Positions 48,900 through 61,375 of a stretch of 64,000 nucleotides of DNA are shown piece after piece. How positions within the stretch are numbered: the stretch's first letter is position 1; each line of letters starts with the position of its first letter. The DNA is from Octopus bimaculoides (Eukaryota), in NCBI RefSeq assembly GCF_001194135.2, contig NC_068987.1, forward strand, positions 96,250,171 through 96,314,170, written 5' to 3'. Both the position numbers and the translations under genes were made by a program. The notes under the pieces were generated by a model. The model searched no databases. It was given only the letters and a program-made list of their open reading frames with translations, and was not told the origin of the DNA.

Positions 48900-51451
48900 A
48901 GAGTAAGACTGGAGGAAAAATTTAGAGAATTATTGCCTCCGTTGGCAAAAAAGGGGTTCTGCTCTCAGGGTGGAGGACAGGTTGTATGATGTTTGTGTAC
49001 AAAGAGTGGTGCTGCACCATTGTGGGACATGGACCTTGAATGCAGAAGATTTGTGACTGCTACAAAGAAATAGAATAAACATGCTCCGCTGTATGTATAA
49101 TGTTAGAATGAATGAGGGAGCACAAATGAACCAAGAGGAAAACTATATATAAGAGGAATCAGATCTAGTGTGTAAGACAGAAGACTGCATTAGTGTAGGT
49201 GACACATATAGAGAATGTTAACTGTATAAAGAAATGCCAAGTCAATGGAACCTGTAGAAAATAGAAACCAAAGAAGACAAAGGATGAAACGGTGAAAGAA
49301 GGTCTCAAGAAACAGAACCTAATGAAGGAGACAGTAAAAATTGGTGACATATGGTTCTGAAGAAGACCATTGCACCAGTGTAAACATAACAAAAATGATT
49401 GCTAAAATATTCAGTGTGGTGATAGAAGTTATGATATATGATATATTTACATTGTGAAGGTGCGTGGTTTAGTGATTAGGTTATTCAGCTCATGATTATA
49501 AGGACATGAGTTCAATTCCTGGCAACACATTGCATCCTTGAGCAAGACACTTTATTTCACGTTGCTCCAGTTCACTCAGCTGCCAAAAATGAGTTGTGCC
49601 TGTATTTCAAAGGGCCAGCTTTATCACGCTCTGTGTCACTCTGAATCTCCCTGAGAACTACACTAATGGTACATGTGTCTGTGGAGTGCTCAGCCACATG
49701 CATGTTAATTTCATGAGCCAGCTTTTCCATTGATCAGATCAACTGGAACCCTCTTTGTCGTAATTGACGGAGAACCGGTTATATTTACATTGAGTCTTTT
49801 GTTCATTGTATTCCTATTAACTCTCCATCATATATTACACTGTCATCACTTGCCCCCAGTTCTTCATACTGTACCTATATAAAAAGAGATGGTAGTTAAT
49901 CTATCTGTAAGCAATTCTACCACTATTACACACTTCACCCTTCTTCTCTTCCACCATCACCAGGAAAACTTCATTGCCTCAGTCAACAGATTTCAATAAC
50001 TACTAGAATCTAGCACACCAAGTGAAATGCTTAACGGTATTTCATCTGTCTTTACATTCTGAGTTGAAATTCCGCCGAGGTTGACTTTGCCTTTCATCCT
50101 GTCGGGGTTGATAAATTAAGTACCATTTGTGTACTGCGTTGATCTAATCAACTGGTCCCCTCCCTCAAAACTTTGGGCCTTATGCCTTGAGTAGAGAAGA
50201 AAAACTACTAAAATCTACACATAGGTGTAGGAGTGGCTGTGTGGTAAGTAGCTTGCTTACCAACCAAATGGTTCTGGGTTCAGTCCCGCTGTGTGGCACC
50301 TTGGGCAAGTGTCTTCTACTATAGCCTTGGGCTGACCAAAGCCTTGTGAGTGGATTTGGTAGACGGAAACTGAAAGAAGCCCGTCGTATATATGTATATA
50401 TATATATATTTGTATGTGCGTGTATATGTTTGTGTGTCTGTGTTTTTCTCCACAACATCGCTTGACAATTGATGCTGGTGTGTTTACATACCTGTAACTT
50501 AGCGGTTCAGCAAAAGGGAATGATAGAATAAGTACTAGGCATACAAAGAATAAGTCCTGGGGTCGATTTGCTCAACTAAAGGTGGTGCTCCAGCATGGCC
50601 ACAGTCAAATAACTTAAACAAGTAAAAGAGTAAAAGAATGTGTTGAGTTTTTGATTCAGTCAATGTTCACTGCTTTTATGTGTTTGAAAACACTTATCTT
50701 TCATGGATTCTTTTAGTGCAAAAGTATTAAAAGTAGCTGTGAAATAGACTATAGATTATATATATATATTATATATTATCTATATAATCTGTATATAGAT
50801 TACATAGATTATCCTAAATGTCCAAAGAGCTTGCTATAAGTAGTTGAAAACTATATATATATATATATATAATAATATTATTAGGGACAAAATCCAAAAT
50901 TACAGGTAAAAAACTCAATTAAAATCAATTTATAAAAAATTAAATTGAGCCTTATAGATAAAGTATATATAAAATATATATAGTTTTAGGGAAAATAACC
51001 AATTTTCAAGAACTCATCGATGAAAATCCACTATCACATATAGAAAAATTAATAATTAAAAGCACAATAAATGAGTATAATATAAAGTAAAGTAAATATC
51101 ATAAGATAAATATAATATTATATTATATTATATTTATCTTATGATATTTACTTTACTTNNNNNNNNNNNNNNNNNNNNNNNNNNNNNNNNNNNNNNNNNN
51201 NNNNNNNNNNNNNNNNNNNNNNNNNNNNNNNNNNNNNNNNNNNNNNNNNNNNNNNNNNNNNNNNNNNNNNNNNNNNNNNNNNNNNNNNNNNNNNNNNNNN
51301 NNNNNNNNNNNNNNNNNNNNNNNNNNNNNNNNNNNNNNNNNNNNNNNNNNNNNNNNNNNNNNNNNNNNNNNNNNNNNNNNNNNNNNNNNNNNNNNNNNNN
51401 NNNNNNNNNNNNNNNNNNNNNNNNNNNNNNNNNNNNNNNNNNNNNNNNNNN

Positions 51452-51485
<34 letters not shown>

Positions 51486-54400
51486 GAACACACACACAAA
51501 CACAGGGTTTAATCAAACAAATCAATCCCAATACTTTTTTTTAAAAATATGATACTAATTTTATTCATCATTTTTGCTGAGCTACCAAGTTACATACAGC
51601 AATGTAAACAAACCAACACCAATTGTCAATTGGTGATAGGGATAAACAAAACTCAACAACAGGTACATGTTTATACACACACACACACACACACATACAA
51701 TGAATTTCTTTCAGTTTCTATCTACCCAATCCACTCACAAGGCTTTTGTTAGCCTGGGGCTACAGTAGAAGACATTTGTCCAAGGTGTCACACAATGGGA
51801 CTGAACCCAGAACCATGTGGTTGGGAAGTAAACTTCTTACCATACAGCCACTCCTGCACATATAGACATCTTAAAAAAAAACAATCTAGTCCAGCAGAAT
51901 TTTTATAATTTCTTTCTAAGTTCCTTGTTTTCTTTCTCAGCTTTCTGTTTGGTCAGTATTTGTTTAGTGACCAGTCAGATTGGTTCTGCAGTTTTAATAA
52001 AATATATTCAAATGTAGAAAAAAATAAAAAACATTAAGACGATTTGTATTTTTTTCTCAAAGTATTTTAGTCCAATTGGCTTTCTTGTATATATTTCAAA
52101 GTAGTTTATTGTTCTCTCAGGTGTTGTCAACATTCGTGGAACTAAGAGGAGTGTTATAAAGTATTTAAAGAGCAAAGGTGATGGCTGAGGTATTGGTGAA
52201 TTAAAGAAACATCATATATGTTAACTAATTATATGAATAAAATATGAGATAATTCCTTATTGCTACCATAATTATCATCATCATCGTCATCAGTAACACC
52301 ACCACCAACACTACCATCCCTGCCACCACCTCTACCATTACCACCACTGCCACCATCACTACCTCCACCACCGCCACCACCACCTTTGCCACCACTATCA
52401 CCATTATCATCGTCATCATCACCATCGTCGTTATCATCATTATCATCAGCATATTTATCAAATTCGTTAACATTAGTTGTTTTTTACTTACTGTCTTTCT
52501 TTTTTTATTTTGTTTTATTGGTCAGTTTTCATAAGTTTTGCTTCCAATCTGAAGACATTAAGTGATTGAAGAACCAGTTGTTGTAGTATGTTGGCGAACA
52601 AGTGTTTGTAGTGTGTTGATGAGCCAGAGTGTAATGAGTTGGGGAGCCAGTAGTTGTGCCTGGCACTCTGTCAGTTATGATGACGAGAGTTCCAGTTGAT
52701 CTGATCAACAAGACAGCCTGCTCGTGACATTAACGTGCAAGTGGCTGAATACTCCACAGACATCAATACCCTTAATGTAGTTCACAGGGAGATTCAGCGT
52801 GACACAGAATGTGACAAAGCTGGCAGTTACAGGTGCAACTCATTTTAGGCAGCTAAGTGGATGGAGTAACGTGAAATAAAGCATCCTGTTTGAGGATACA
52901 ACGCACCACTGAGTATTGAACTCACAACCTTACGCTCATGAGTCAAATACTCTAACCAGTAAGCCACATGTCTTCACATGGCCAGTGGCTGTAGTGTGTT
53001 GGTGAACCAGTGGTTGTTGTAAGTGAGCCAGTGGTCATATTATGTTGGCATTACAATGGTTATAGTGTGTTGGTATAATAGTGACCATTGTGTATTGGTA
53101 AGCCAGTGGTTGCAGTGTATTGGTGAATAAACATTTGCTAACCAGTTTGGGGGCCTGTTTCTTATGTGTTGTAGAGTGATCATAAGTAACAATCATCCCA
53201 TATTTGTAACAACTATCCCCTATTTGTATGCAATCCTGTAATCTGGGTGTTATGCGATATTTCTAAAGGTTAGCAGTTGATGAGGGCTGAAGTATCTTTG
53301 GCTGCTGAAGTGTATGTCTAACCTTACACTATTGTTTACGGCAATGGTTCCTAAACTTTTTCAGGCTGTAGCCCCCCTTGACACCTAGGCCACATTCTTA
53401 GCACTCTCTCCCACCACCATCACCACCACCACTCATCACCAAAAACATAGACCATTTTCTGCAGCAAATTCAGAACAACAATATTTCACAAATAAAACTT
53501 AACCTAATTAACCCATTATTTTGGGATTTTTACATCACCCCATTATCACCCCACTTTTCTTCAACACCCTACTGAATCTTTCCACTGCTGTCAAGAGGGG
53601 CAGTACCACCCACTTTGGGAACCACTGGTTGAAGGAATGAGTGGTTACTCTGAGAGATCATCAATCATTGAGAGGCTTAGAATCATTATGATCTTCAGTG
53701 CTTTATTTGCAAGAAGAATATAGAGAACCATTGTTAGCCCTAAATGCACAGACCAATAATCAAAAATATTCCAACCATGACAACTCTGTCCTTCTTTTGA
53801 GCATTTTATATCTACAGCTACATTTTTGATTGCCTAGATCCCTTTTGAAGGTGGTTAAGATGTCATTTGAGGGAAAATTGGCAGTTATTTCTGGTTGCTA
53901 TTTCCTCAGCAGCTAAGCTGTTATCTAAATATGTGTGATGATTGTGTTTATTTGCTATTGAAGAAGACTAGGTTATGTGAATGAGGTACATATTAGACTA
54001 GATTATCATTGGTGAATGAGGTATATGTTAGTACAATTAGTGTGTATCCATTATGGGGTATCTAGATTACACAAGGATGACATCAATGTGAAAAGGGTAA
54101 AGGACAAATTAAGCATGATATCATCACCGTAGGAATGTGTTATGTTAGAATTGACAGTGTGAACTAACTGTTAAGATTTTAATGTAAATGATAATTTAAT
54201 GGACAAAAGCCTATCCTAGGCATTAAGTAGCTGATAAATTATATTGTGAAGATAAATAAATACAGTGAAATAGGTGACAACAATTCATATGGAATTTTCA
54301 ATGATAAGATTACAGGCACTCTATTATATCATTAGTAACATGGTCACCAGGCAACAGATACTGGCACAGGTAGCAAAGTTGAACCCCAAAATAATACACA

Positions 54401-57400
54401 TAAGGCAGTGTAGCTAGATGCAGACATGGCTGTGTGGATAAGAAGTTTGCTTCCTAACCACATGGTTTTTGGGTTCAGACATAATGAGTGGTACTTTGGG
54501 CAACTGTCTTTTACTATAACCCTGAGCTGACCAAAGCTTTGTGTGTAGATTTGGTAGATGGAAACTGAAAAAATCCATCGCATATGTATACATATATATA
54601 TATATATATATATATNNNNNNNNNNNNNNNNNNNNNNNNNNNNNNNNNNNNNNNNNNNNNNNNNNNNNNNNNNNNNNNNNNNNNNNNNNNNNNNNNNNNN
54701 NNNNNNNNNNNNNNNNNNNNNNNNNNNNNNNNNNNNNNNNNNNNNNNNNNAATATACTATAAAAATATAACATAATATAATATAGCAAATTTTTAAAAAG
54801 CACATATAAAGCCAACAATTTGCTTCGACTTACATACAGTAATGAATTTATGAAATATTCCTGTCTATGTATACAAGCCTCTTCAGGCCTTGATTAAAAA
54901 AAAACATACGAAATTTCATGAAGGACTGCCAAATTGCAAAAGTTGCAAACGTGCTGATTCAAAATTACCTATGTTTAGAAGCATGAGTGTTAATAATTTA
55001 AATACATAATCTTAATCTATAAATCCCATTCTGTCTGTCTGTCTGTGCGCTTATAACTCGAGTATTGTTCATCCGATCGCGCTGAAATTTTAAACATGGA
55101 TATATGAGAGAGCAGGGCATTCCATAATCTAAAGAGATTTTCAAAATTGTTAGTTTCAAAGTGAGAATTGCTATTTTGGTAATCTTTTTGTCGTGTTTGT
55201 TCTGCCATTAAAAGCAACCAGTTGCTCAGACAGCTGGGACATACCATTTCGCTAGCAACAAGGGGAGTACAGGATAACAGTCAGCCAAAACTGTTGCTAT
55301 GCTGTCTCTCTTCTTTCCTCCCTCTGAAGTTGTATATACATTGGGCTAAGATTCATTATCAATCAATTATCCTTATTGAGAAGAAACAGTCAAAAGTAAC
55401 CACTACATACAATCACCAAACATCTCCACTACTTAACACCGACCAAGTTAACCCTCTTCACCTTTACAGCTGACATAAAATTTTGAGGTTAATAATCTTA
55501 ATTTTTAATTACAGTTTCTCATTCAAACTACATAATAGGCAGAATTGTTGGATTAAGACAGTAGGGTGTTTTGGGGGAGATTTGGCTGCTATTTCTACCA
55601 AGTCTAGCTACCATATAGAGGTCTCCCTCATTAGCTCATACATACATATATACATAAAATCGAAATAAAATACTTAAAGAGCCAGGCATCAAATACAAAA
55701 GCCAAGGTCCATGCAGTGTCATGGACCAAAAAGATTTCCAGCTTCTTGCCTAATGCGAGCCAAGAGCAATCTTTTATCTCTTACTCTATTCCAGTATTCC
55801 GTCTATATAGTAATGAGATAATACTTTCAGTTTGAAAGAAATCTGTTCTATGCATATATATATTCCTTATGCATTCCAAAATTGAGTTACAGATTTTGGC
55901 GTATGGGGTATCAAAAGATACAGTACTATTTCGGCTACAAATTAAACTTAATTTCCATTCACATATTTGCATTTCAAAAATTTAACCTTATAATCTTTTC
56001 CATAAATCAACTATCGTAAACATTTTATACGATGATGTCACATTTTTTATGTGTGTGTACCTTAAAAGACATCAATCATCACAACACACACCTTCACTCA
56101 CTCACTCACTCTATCTTTCTTCCTCACCCTCTTTCTCTCTCTCTCACACACGCACACACATGCATGCATGCACGCACACACACACGTCTATTTCATATAG
56201 ATGTACATACATCTTTCACTTTCTTTCTCTGTTCTTTTCGCTTTCTCTTCTTTTAATTTCTACTCTCTTCAAATAAATTTTTACGGATACAACTGCTTAC
56301 AAGAATAGGGATTAATGTATAATTTCTTTCTATGTTCATAATTTTTTGTTTACAATATTGAAAAAATATGCCACCAAAGAAAAGACGCAATCTCTTCAGA
56401 AACAAGCGCAAGGCAAGGAGGATTGTAGAAAACCGAAGAGAGAAGAAAACTGAAGAGAGAAGCTACATGAGATTTTCTCAAGATCAGCAAATGCATGTTG
56501 CAGCACTTAATGCTGGATCATTAAATCAATGTTTTAATGATTAGACAGAGGTCCAATAGATTAGCTCTCAGAAACAGACCATGTACAAATTCGTTCTTCA
56601 CAACTCTTGAAGCTGTTTTCAGATATGATCCATCCCATTCTTATAAAAATAATAACTGTCCAAACTGGTGTGCTAAACACAAATTGTCTTTTCTGTAGAG
56701 CTTTAAAATTTTCAAATGAAACAAATGGCATGTGCTGCTCAGACAGTCAGGTAACATTGCCAGCACTACCAGCTCCTTCTCAGCCTCTTATGGATCTTCT
56801 AGAAGGCACTTCCATCCAGTCAGAGGATTTTCTGAACAATATCAGACAATAAAACTCTGCAAATGACATCATTTGGTGCATCTTAGACGATAGATAAACA
56901 TGAATTTATGTCGACGTCAAAGTTCAAAGGCAAGTCTATCACCTCATTGGTTTCCTGTTACCCGCAAATGAACAACCACAGTTCCTACAAATTTATTTTA
57001 TGAGTGATGTAGTACAACAAATCCAAAGTAGGTGTCAACATTTCAGATGATGGGTCATGTTAGACACAGCGGTAACTGCCGCAGAGGAAAGTATATCCAC
57101 TGACAGCTTTTCGGTGCATTCAAAAATGACATAACCCCCACAGGTTAGGGCCTGAAATACTCCAAACAGATGCATAACATGTTGCTTAGTTGAATTAGCC
57201 CATCATTTACTCCACAAATGTTTTGTTGTCAATGCTGCACTTTCCCATATCACCTGTTTCAACATGACTGTATTATATACAAACTATGCCATTTTAACCC
57301 TGAGCAACACCGGGTATCTCTGCTAGTAATTACAACAAAAAGAAAAACAAAATTCAAGTGCCCCAGCATGGCCACAGCTCATGAGCTGAAACTAGATAAA

Positions 57401-60400
57401 ATGAAAATGAAAATGAAAAGTTATAAAATGTTCTTATGGATCTCCAATAATATCAATCTAAACGTATTTTAATTGAAAACAATCACTGGTCATTTTATAA
57501 TATAATATCAATACCTATATAATATGTAATATATTAAAAAATTTATAGTGGAATAGGAAAGATATTTTATTTAAAATTACTATATATTATATTGAAAAAA
57601 GATAAATAAATAAGGATATCTTTAATTCTGACACTAAATTCAATAAAATAATAATAATAATAATAATAAGGGAGGGTATCAAGGTAGAGGATGTAAGATC
57701 TGCTCTCAGGAAGTCAAGCAAATGGTAGTCTCCAGGAAAGGATAAAATTCCTAACTTCTGGTTGAATGGCTTCCCAGAGAGACATGAACTGCTAACAAAA
57801 CTTTACAACAATGTTTTGCAACAACCTAGTATGATACCCTCTTGGCTAGTTAAACAAAAAAGGAAAAATCCTTCTCTAAAAATAAGGAAACAATAAAGTA
57901 CAAACTAGAAATTAATTCTACTGAAGAAAATGGTCAAGATGGTGAGAAAACAAAGAGATAAAGCTGGAAAACTCATCAAATGATAAAATTAAAATGTAAC
58001 TCCAAAATAAACTAAAAATCAACAACAAAGAGAAGACTCACTCCATAGCTTATATTGAGTAAAACTCAATAGAGAGATAGTAAAGCAGCATAGAAGGTCC
58101 CATTTGAGTTGTACAGGATCAAATCATAGCTATAAGTAAACTACTTAAAAAATTATAGAACAACATATTAATATCAGATGCAGACTGTGCATACACTACA
58201 GTAAGACCATTTACCACATCATTTCTGAGTGTCCAGTCTTTGTAAAGGTAAAAATATATACATAGATGCTACGAAGTTGGCAGTTCTGTTCAGCTGTCAA
58301 TATGCTGAAACTGGCATAACTACAGATTTCTGCCCCCACGATTTTGGATGATCATAACTTTCAGAAAAATGGATATTTTTTAATGAATTTTTCTAGGAAT
58401 ATGTGTTATATGATGTAGATTCCGAATATGCAAATTTCTTTTTGGGGGGAAGTGTTTTAGGAGGGAGTGGGGTGGGGAATTTCGGAAAATTCACCAGAGT
58501 CCACTTCAATTCGTCATAACTTTCAAGAAAAAGGATATTTTTTAATGAAATTCTCTACAAATATACCTTGGACTATGTAGATTCCAAGGACATATGAATT
58601 TTGGGGGGAAACAATTGGGGGTTATTTTTGAGAATTGTTCCCCATTCGGGGATGTTTCAGAACAAGTCGTCCATATTTGTTTAATTTTCTTCGTTTTGTG
58701 CATTTATGTATCCATAGATTTCTAACACACACACACACACACACACACACAAGTAATTAAAAAAAAATTAAATGGGGGAATTATTCCATTCAGTATCATG
58801 TTTATTATACAGTGTGACTGGTGTGGTCGATGCCAGTGCCGACGGCATGTAAAAGTAACATTTGCACGGGATTGATGTCAGTACCATCTGACTGGCCCCC
58901 GTGCCAGTCACACTTGAAAAGCAACCACTATACTCTTGGAATGGTTGGCAATAGGAAGGGCATCCAGCTATAGAAACCTTGCCAGAACAGACTGCAATCT
59001 CATTGCAGCCTCCTGGCTTGCCAGTCCTCAGTCAAACTGTCCAACCCCTGCCAGCATGGAAAGCAAACATTAAACAATAATGATGATGATGATGATGTAT
59101 AATGATATATATAATTATGATAGATTGTTACCCATTTGATGTTTAGGTAAACTTTGTCACCCTCTTACTCTCTCTTTCTCTGACTCACTCATTCTCTCTC
59201 TCTCACTCTCTCTCCTCACACAAAAATGAAACACATTTTAGTGCCAAAAACAGCAAAGAGAAAAATCTGTATTTGGGATTATTATATATAGCGATTATTA
59301 TATATAGCGATTTTGAAAGGTATAAAAAAGATATTTTTGTTTTAATATACTTTTACTTGTTTCATACACATACACAAACTAACGTGCTTGTTTCTTTTAG
59401 ATTAATTATTTACCATTCTTTATCTCTCCACTGACTTCGGTACCACTCTAACTTCTATAACTTCTACACTTTCACTTATTCATTTCAAACTTCTTTAAAT
59501 TTTTAATTTAATGTAACGCACACTTTCTTGAAAACGTATTTCTGCAAAATGTTATCTAAAGTTATGGGTAAAGAAAGAAATAGCAAAAAAAATATTTGAA
59601 AATGGGAATGGGGTAAAATTCCTGAGGGATCCATCCACTCCACCTCGTTTTCCGGACAAAATGTAGGGTTTTGTAGCATATTAGGAGGTCACTGGAATTC
59701 AGTCAAAAAAAAAAAAAATTTCCAATGATTCCGGGATATGGGGTGCGGTCCGATCTCCCCCTTCCCTTTTTTCCGAACAAAAATAAGGAGTTTGCAGCAT
59801 ATTAGGAGGGCAGGGTACTTGATTCCATGCAAAAAATCTGAGTTTTTTTTTTTTTTTTAGTGAAAATTGCGTGGGTGAAAGGATCAAAATTTGATGTGAA
59901 AACTGAGAACTAGCATGAGTAAGTATGTACTGAATATGGCATTTGACAATGATCTGATTATAATGATCTGGGTTGTACCTGTCCTGATTATCAAGAAGAT
60001 CAGTTATATTCTCACCATATATAGGAATGAAAATCTTTGATGATTTTTATTACATCTTTGCAGGTAATGTTTTAATGACTTCCGATCAAAACATTGGATG
60101 CAAAGATATAAGACAAAAAGAAAAAAATAACCATCCATTTACAATGATTTTGATAAGGAACATAAAAAGTACCCATGCTGGTGTCACATTAATAAACACT
60201 TGTGTCCGTACCACGTAAAATGCACCTGTACCAGCACGACATAAAACGCACCTATGCTGTACCATGTAAAAAGCATATGTGCTACACCAAATTTTTGATG
60301 CTGGCACCACATAAAAAGTACTCATGCTGGGCCACATAAAAATCACCCATGCTGGTTTTGCATAAAAAGCATCTGTGCTAATGCCACATAAAAAGTACTC

Positions 60401-61163
60401 AGCACACTCTGTAAACTGGTTGGTATTAAGAAGGGCACCCAGCCATAGAAACCAAGCCACATCAGACTGGAACCTGGTGCAGCTCTCTAGCTTGCCAGCT
60501 CTGGTCAAACCGTTCAACCCACATCTCAGTATGTTAAATGATGATGATGAAGGCTATGAGAATAAAAATGGCACCAATAATAATCAGGGCACTGAGTATA
60601 ATAAAGGAGAATGTGAAGAAAGGTATAAAAACTTAATCCTACAAGACACAGTCTAAATTCTATAGAAGACATTTCAGTACACAATTCAAATAATACATAT
60701 GAAACAAAATCTTTGTCTTTTTAAGATATTGCTTCATTCATAGGAAGTGACAGTATTTTTGGACTTTCTTTTGCTAATTCAAAATACAACAGAAAGGTGA
60801 GTCTGTGTAGTGAAAAATGATCAAATGTTCATCCTTAAAACCTCACAAAAACGTAAGTTATATGTAATATGCAAAACACCAGCCCATGTTCACAAAGGGC
60901 AATACTGCTGTACATACCTCAGGAACATGGAAGTACATTTGGTGGTGCAGTAGCAGATGGCAAGAAATTGTTGAAATTATAATGATGATAATAAAATGTC
61001 TTTGTTTTAATGACTATACAAACCAGTTGAAAAATCTCTGTACCATCTTTGGTCCAAGGGAATCAATTTGTTGTGCTCCAAATGGTGCTACATTAGCTTT
61101 AATACCCCCTGTACCAATCGCAATAAGTGTCAAAGCAAGTATGAAGTAAACTCTTCGAGATGT
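36232..61163 (-). CDS. SLC15A4: POT/PTR2-family proton-coupled oligopeptide transporter, SLC15A4 (PHT)-like, 7 exons in window, 5'-partial
   Basis: Exons 61024-61163, 47549-47718, 45411-45637, 42631-42814, 41291-41491, 39002-39136 and 36232-36437 splice in frame (1263 nt including TGA). PTR2 motifs: [75 protein letters not shown]. No large extracellular domain is present, so PHT-type rather than PepT1/2. The family call is firm; the exact ortholog is less certain. Confidence 0.9.
37010..37805 (+). mobile_element. Mariner family B, internally deleted element with both TIRs
   Basis: TA|CGAAGTCTGATCAATAAGT ... ACTAATTGATCAGACCACG|TA; remnant ...FQDG...[19 protein letters not shown] (HTH); partial copies at about 36540-36690 and 45925-46446. 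Confidence 0.88.
39002..39136 (-). CDS. SLC15A4: SLC15A4-like exon
   Basis: [45 protein letters not shown]; GTAAGA donor. Confidence 0.95.
39383..40280 (+). mobile_element. Mariner family A, internally deleted element with both TIRs
   Basis: TA|TGAGGTGTTATCAAAAAGTTCC ... GGAAACTTTTTGATACCACTTTG|TA; [20 protein letters not shown] and [20 protein letters not shown] (YSPDLAP-D motif). Confidence 0.9.
41291..41491 (-). CDS. SLC15A4: SLC15A4-like exon
   Basis: [21 protein letters not shown]...[22 protein letters not shown]; GTAAAA donor. Confidence 0.95.
42631..42814 (-). CDS. SLC15A4: SLC15A4-like exon
   Basis: [61 protein letters not shown]; GTAAAT donor. Confidence 0.95.
43085..43870 (-). 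mobile_element. RTE-clade LINE reverse transcriptase fragment
   Basis: [42 protein letters not shown] and LLYADDL motifs, with stops and frameshifts. Confidence 0.9.
44445..44870. repeat. Old AT-rich fold-back element, about 425 bp
   Basis: CCATTAGTAGGAGAAATT.../...AATTTCTTCTACTAATGG and CAAGGAGGT/ACCTCCTTG pair across a centre near 44660. Confidence 0.75.
45411..45637 (-). CDS. SLC15A4: SLC15A4-like exon
   Basis: [14 protein letters not shown]...[39 protein letters not shown]|GTTAGT. Confidence 0.94.
45925..46446 (+). mobile_element. Mariner family B, 5' portion
   Basis: Same TIR and HTH region as 37010-37805. Confidence 0.82.
46757..47005. repeat. Compound trinucleotide microsatellite (GTA/GTG/GTT/GCA)
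   Basis: Direct reading; a similar array lies at about 52255-52450. Confidence 0.9.
47549..47718 (-). CDS. SLC15A4: SLC15A4-like exon
   Basis: [56 protein letters not shown]; GTAAGT donor. Confidence 0.94.
49455..49779 (+). mobile_element. tRNA-headed SINE with 13-bp target site duplication
   Basis: TATATTTACATTG at 49442-49454 and 49780-49792; related copies at about 41560-41880 and 52656-52930 (minus). Confidence 0.88.
51159..51451. other. Assembly gap
   Basis: N run. Confidence 0.99.
53342..53627. mobile_element. hAT (Charlie/Tip100-type) MITE
   Basis: CAATGGTTCCTAAACT ... ACTTTGGGAACCACTG TIRs; degenerate 8-bp TSD GTTTACGG/GTTGAAGG. Confidence 0.75.
54616..54750. other. Assembly gap
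   Basis: N run next to (AT)n. Confidence 0.99.
55016..57326 (+). mobile_element. Internally deleted Helitron with Rep N-terminal remnant
   Basis: A|TC 5' end; 3' ACCC..GGGT hairpin then CTAG|T. 56368-57035 translates in pieces to [18 protein letters not shown]...LPALP...NIRQ*NSA..MTSFGA and [11 protein letters not shown]...QFLQIYF, typical of Helitron Rep. Confidence 0.85.
57668..58270 (+). mobile_element. R4/Dong-like RLE non-LTR fragments
   Basis: [29 protein letters not shown] and CRLC...[10 protein letters not shown] (CCHC motif). Confidence 0.75.
58343..58615. repeat. Direct duplication of about 100 bp at about 170-bp spacing
   Basis: TCATAACTTTCA(G/AG)AAAA..GGATATTTTTTAATGAA...ATGTAGATTCC occurs twice. 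Confidence 0.8.
60160..60400 (+). repeat. Degenerate 20-25-bp tandem array upstream of an RTE tail
   Basis: CCACATAAAAAGTACTCATGCTGG-like units; reverse-orientation array at about 17940-18100. Confidence 0.8.
61024..61163 (-). CDS. SLC15A4: SLC15A4-like exon (first found in window)
   Basis: TTCCAG|[46 protein letters not shown](W)|GTTTGT. Confidence 0.93.
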
Positions 61164-61375
61164 CTGGAATGGAAAAGCAATCATCATATGGTATCAATAA
61201 TTAGAAGTACACTGTTATATTATATTCATATAAATAAGGTACATGGCTGCACCACCAGTTTGATATGTGGGCTATGTAATTAGCTATACTCTACTAACCC
61301 TAATAATGTTCCTAGGTGTACTATTAGGCGTAGTGAAAAATATAAGCATTCAAGCAATGCTAAAGTGTTTGAATG

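Noticed and set aside
51134-51531. ORFs of 116-127 aa, and similar ones at 54344-54818 and 3022-3364
   Set aside because: Artefacts of N runs translated as X.
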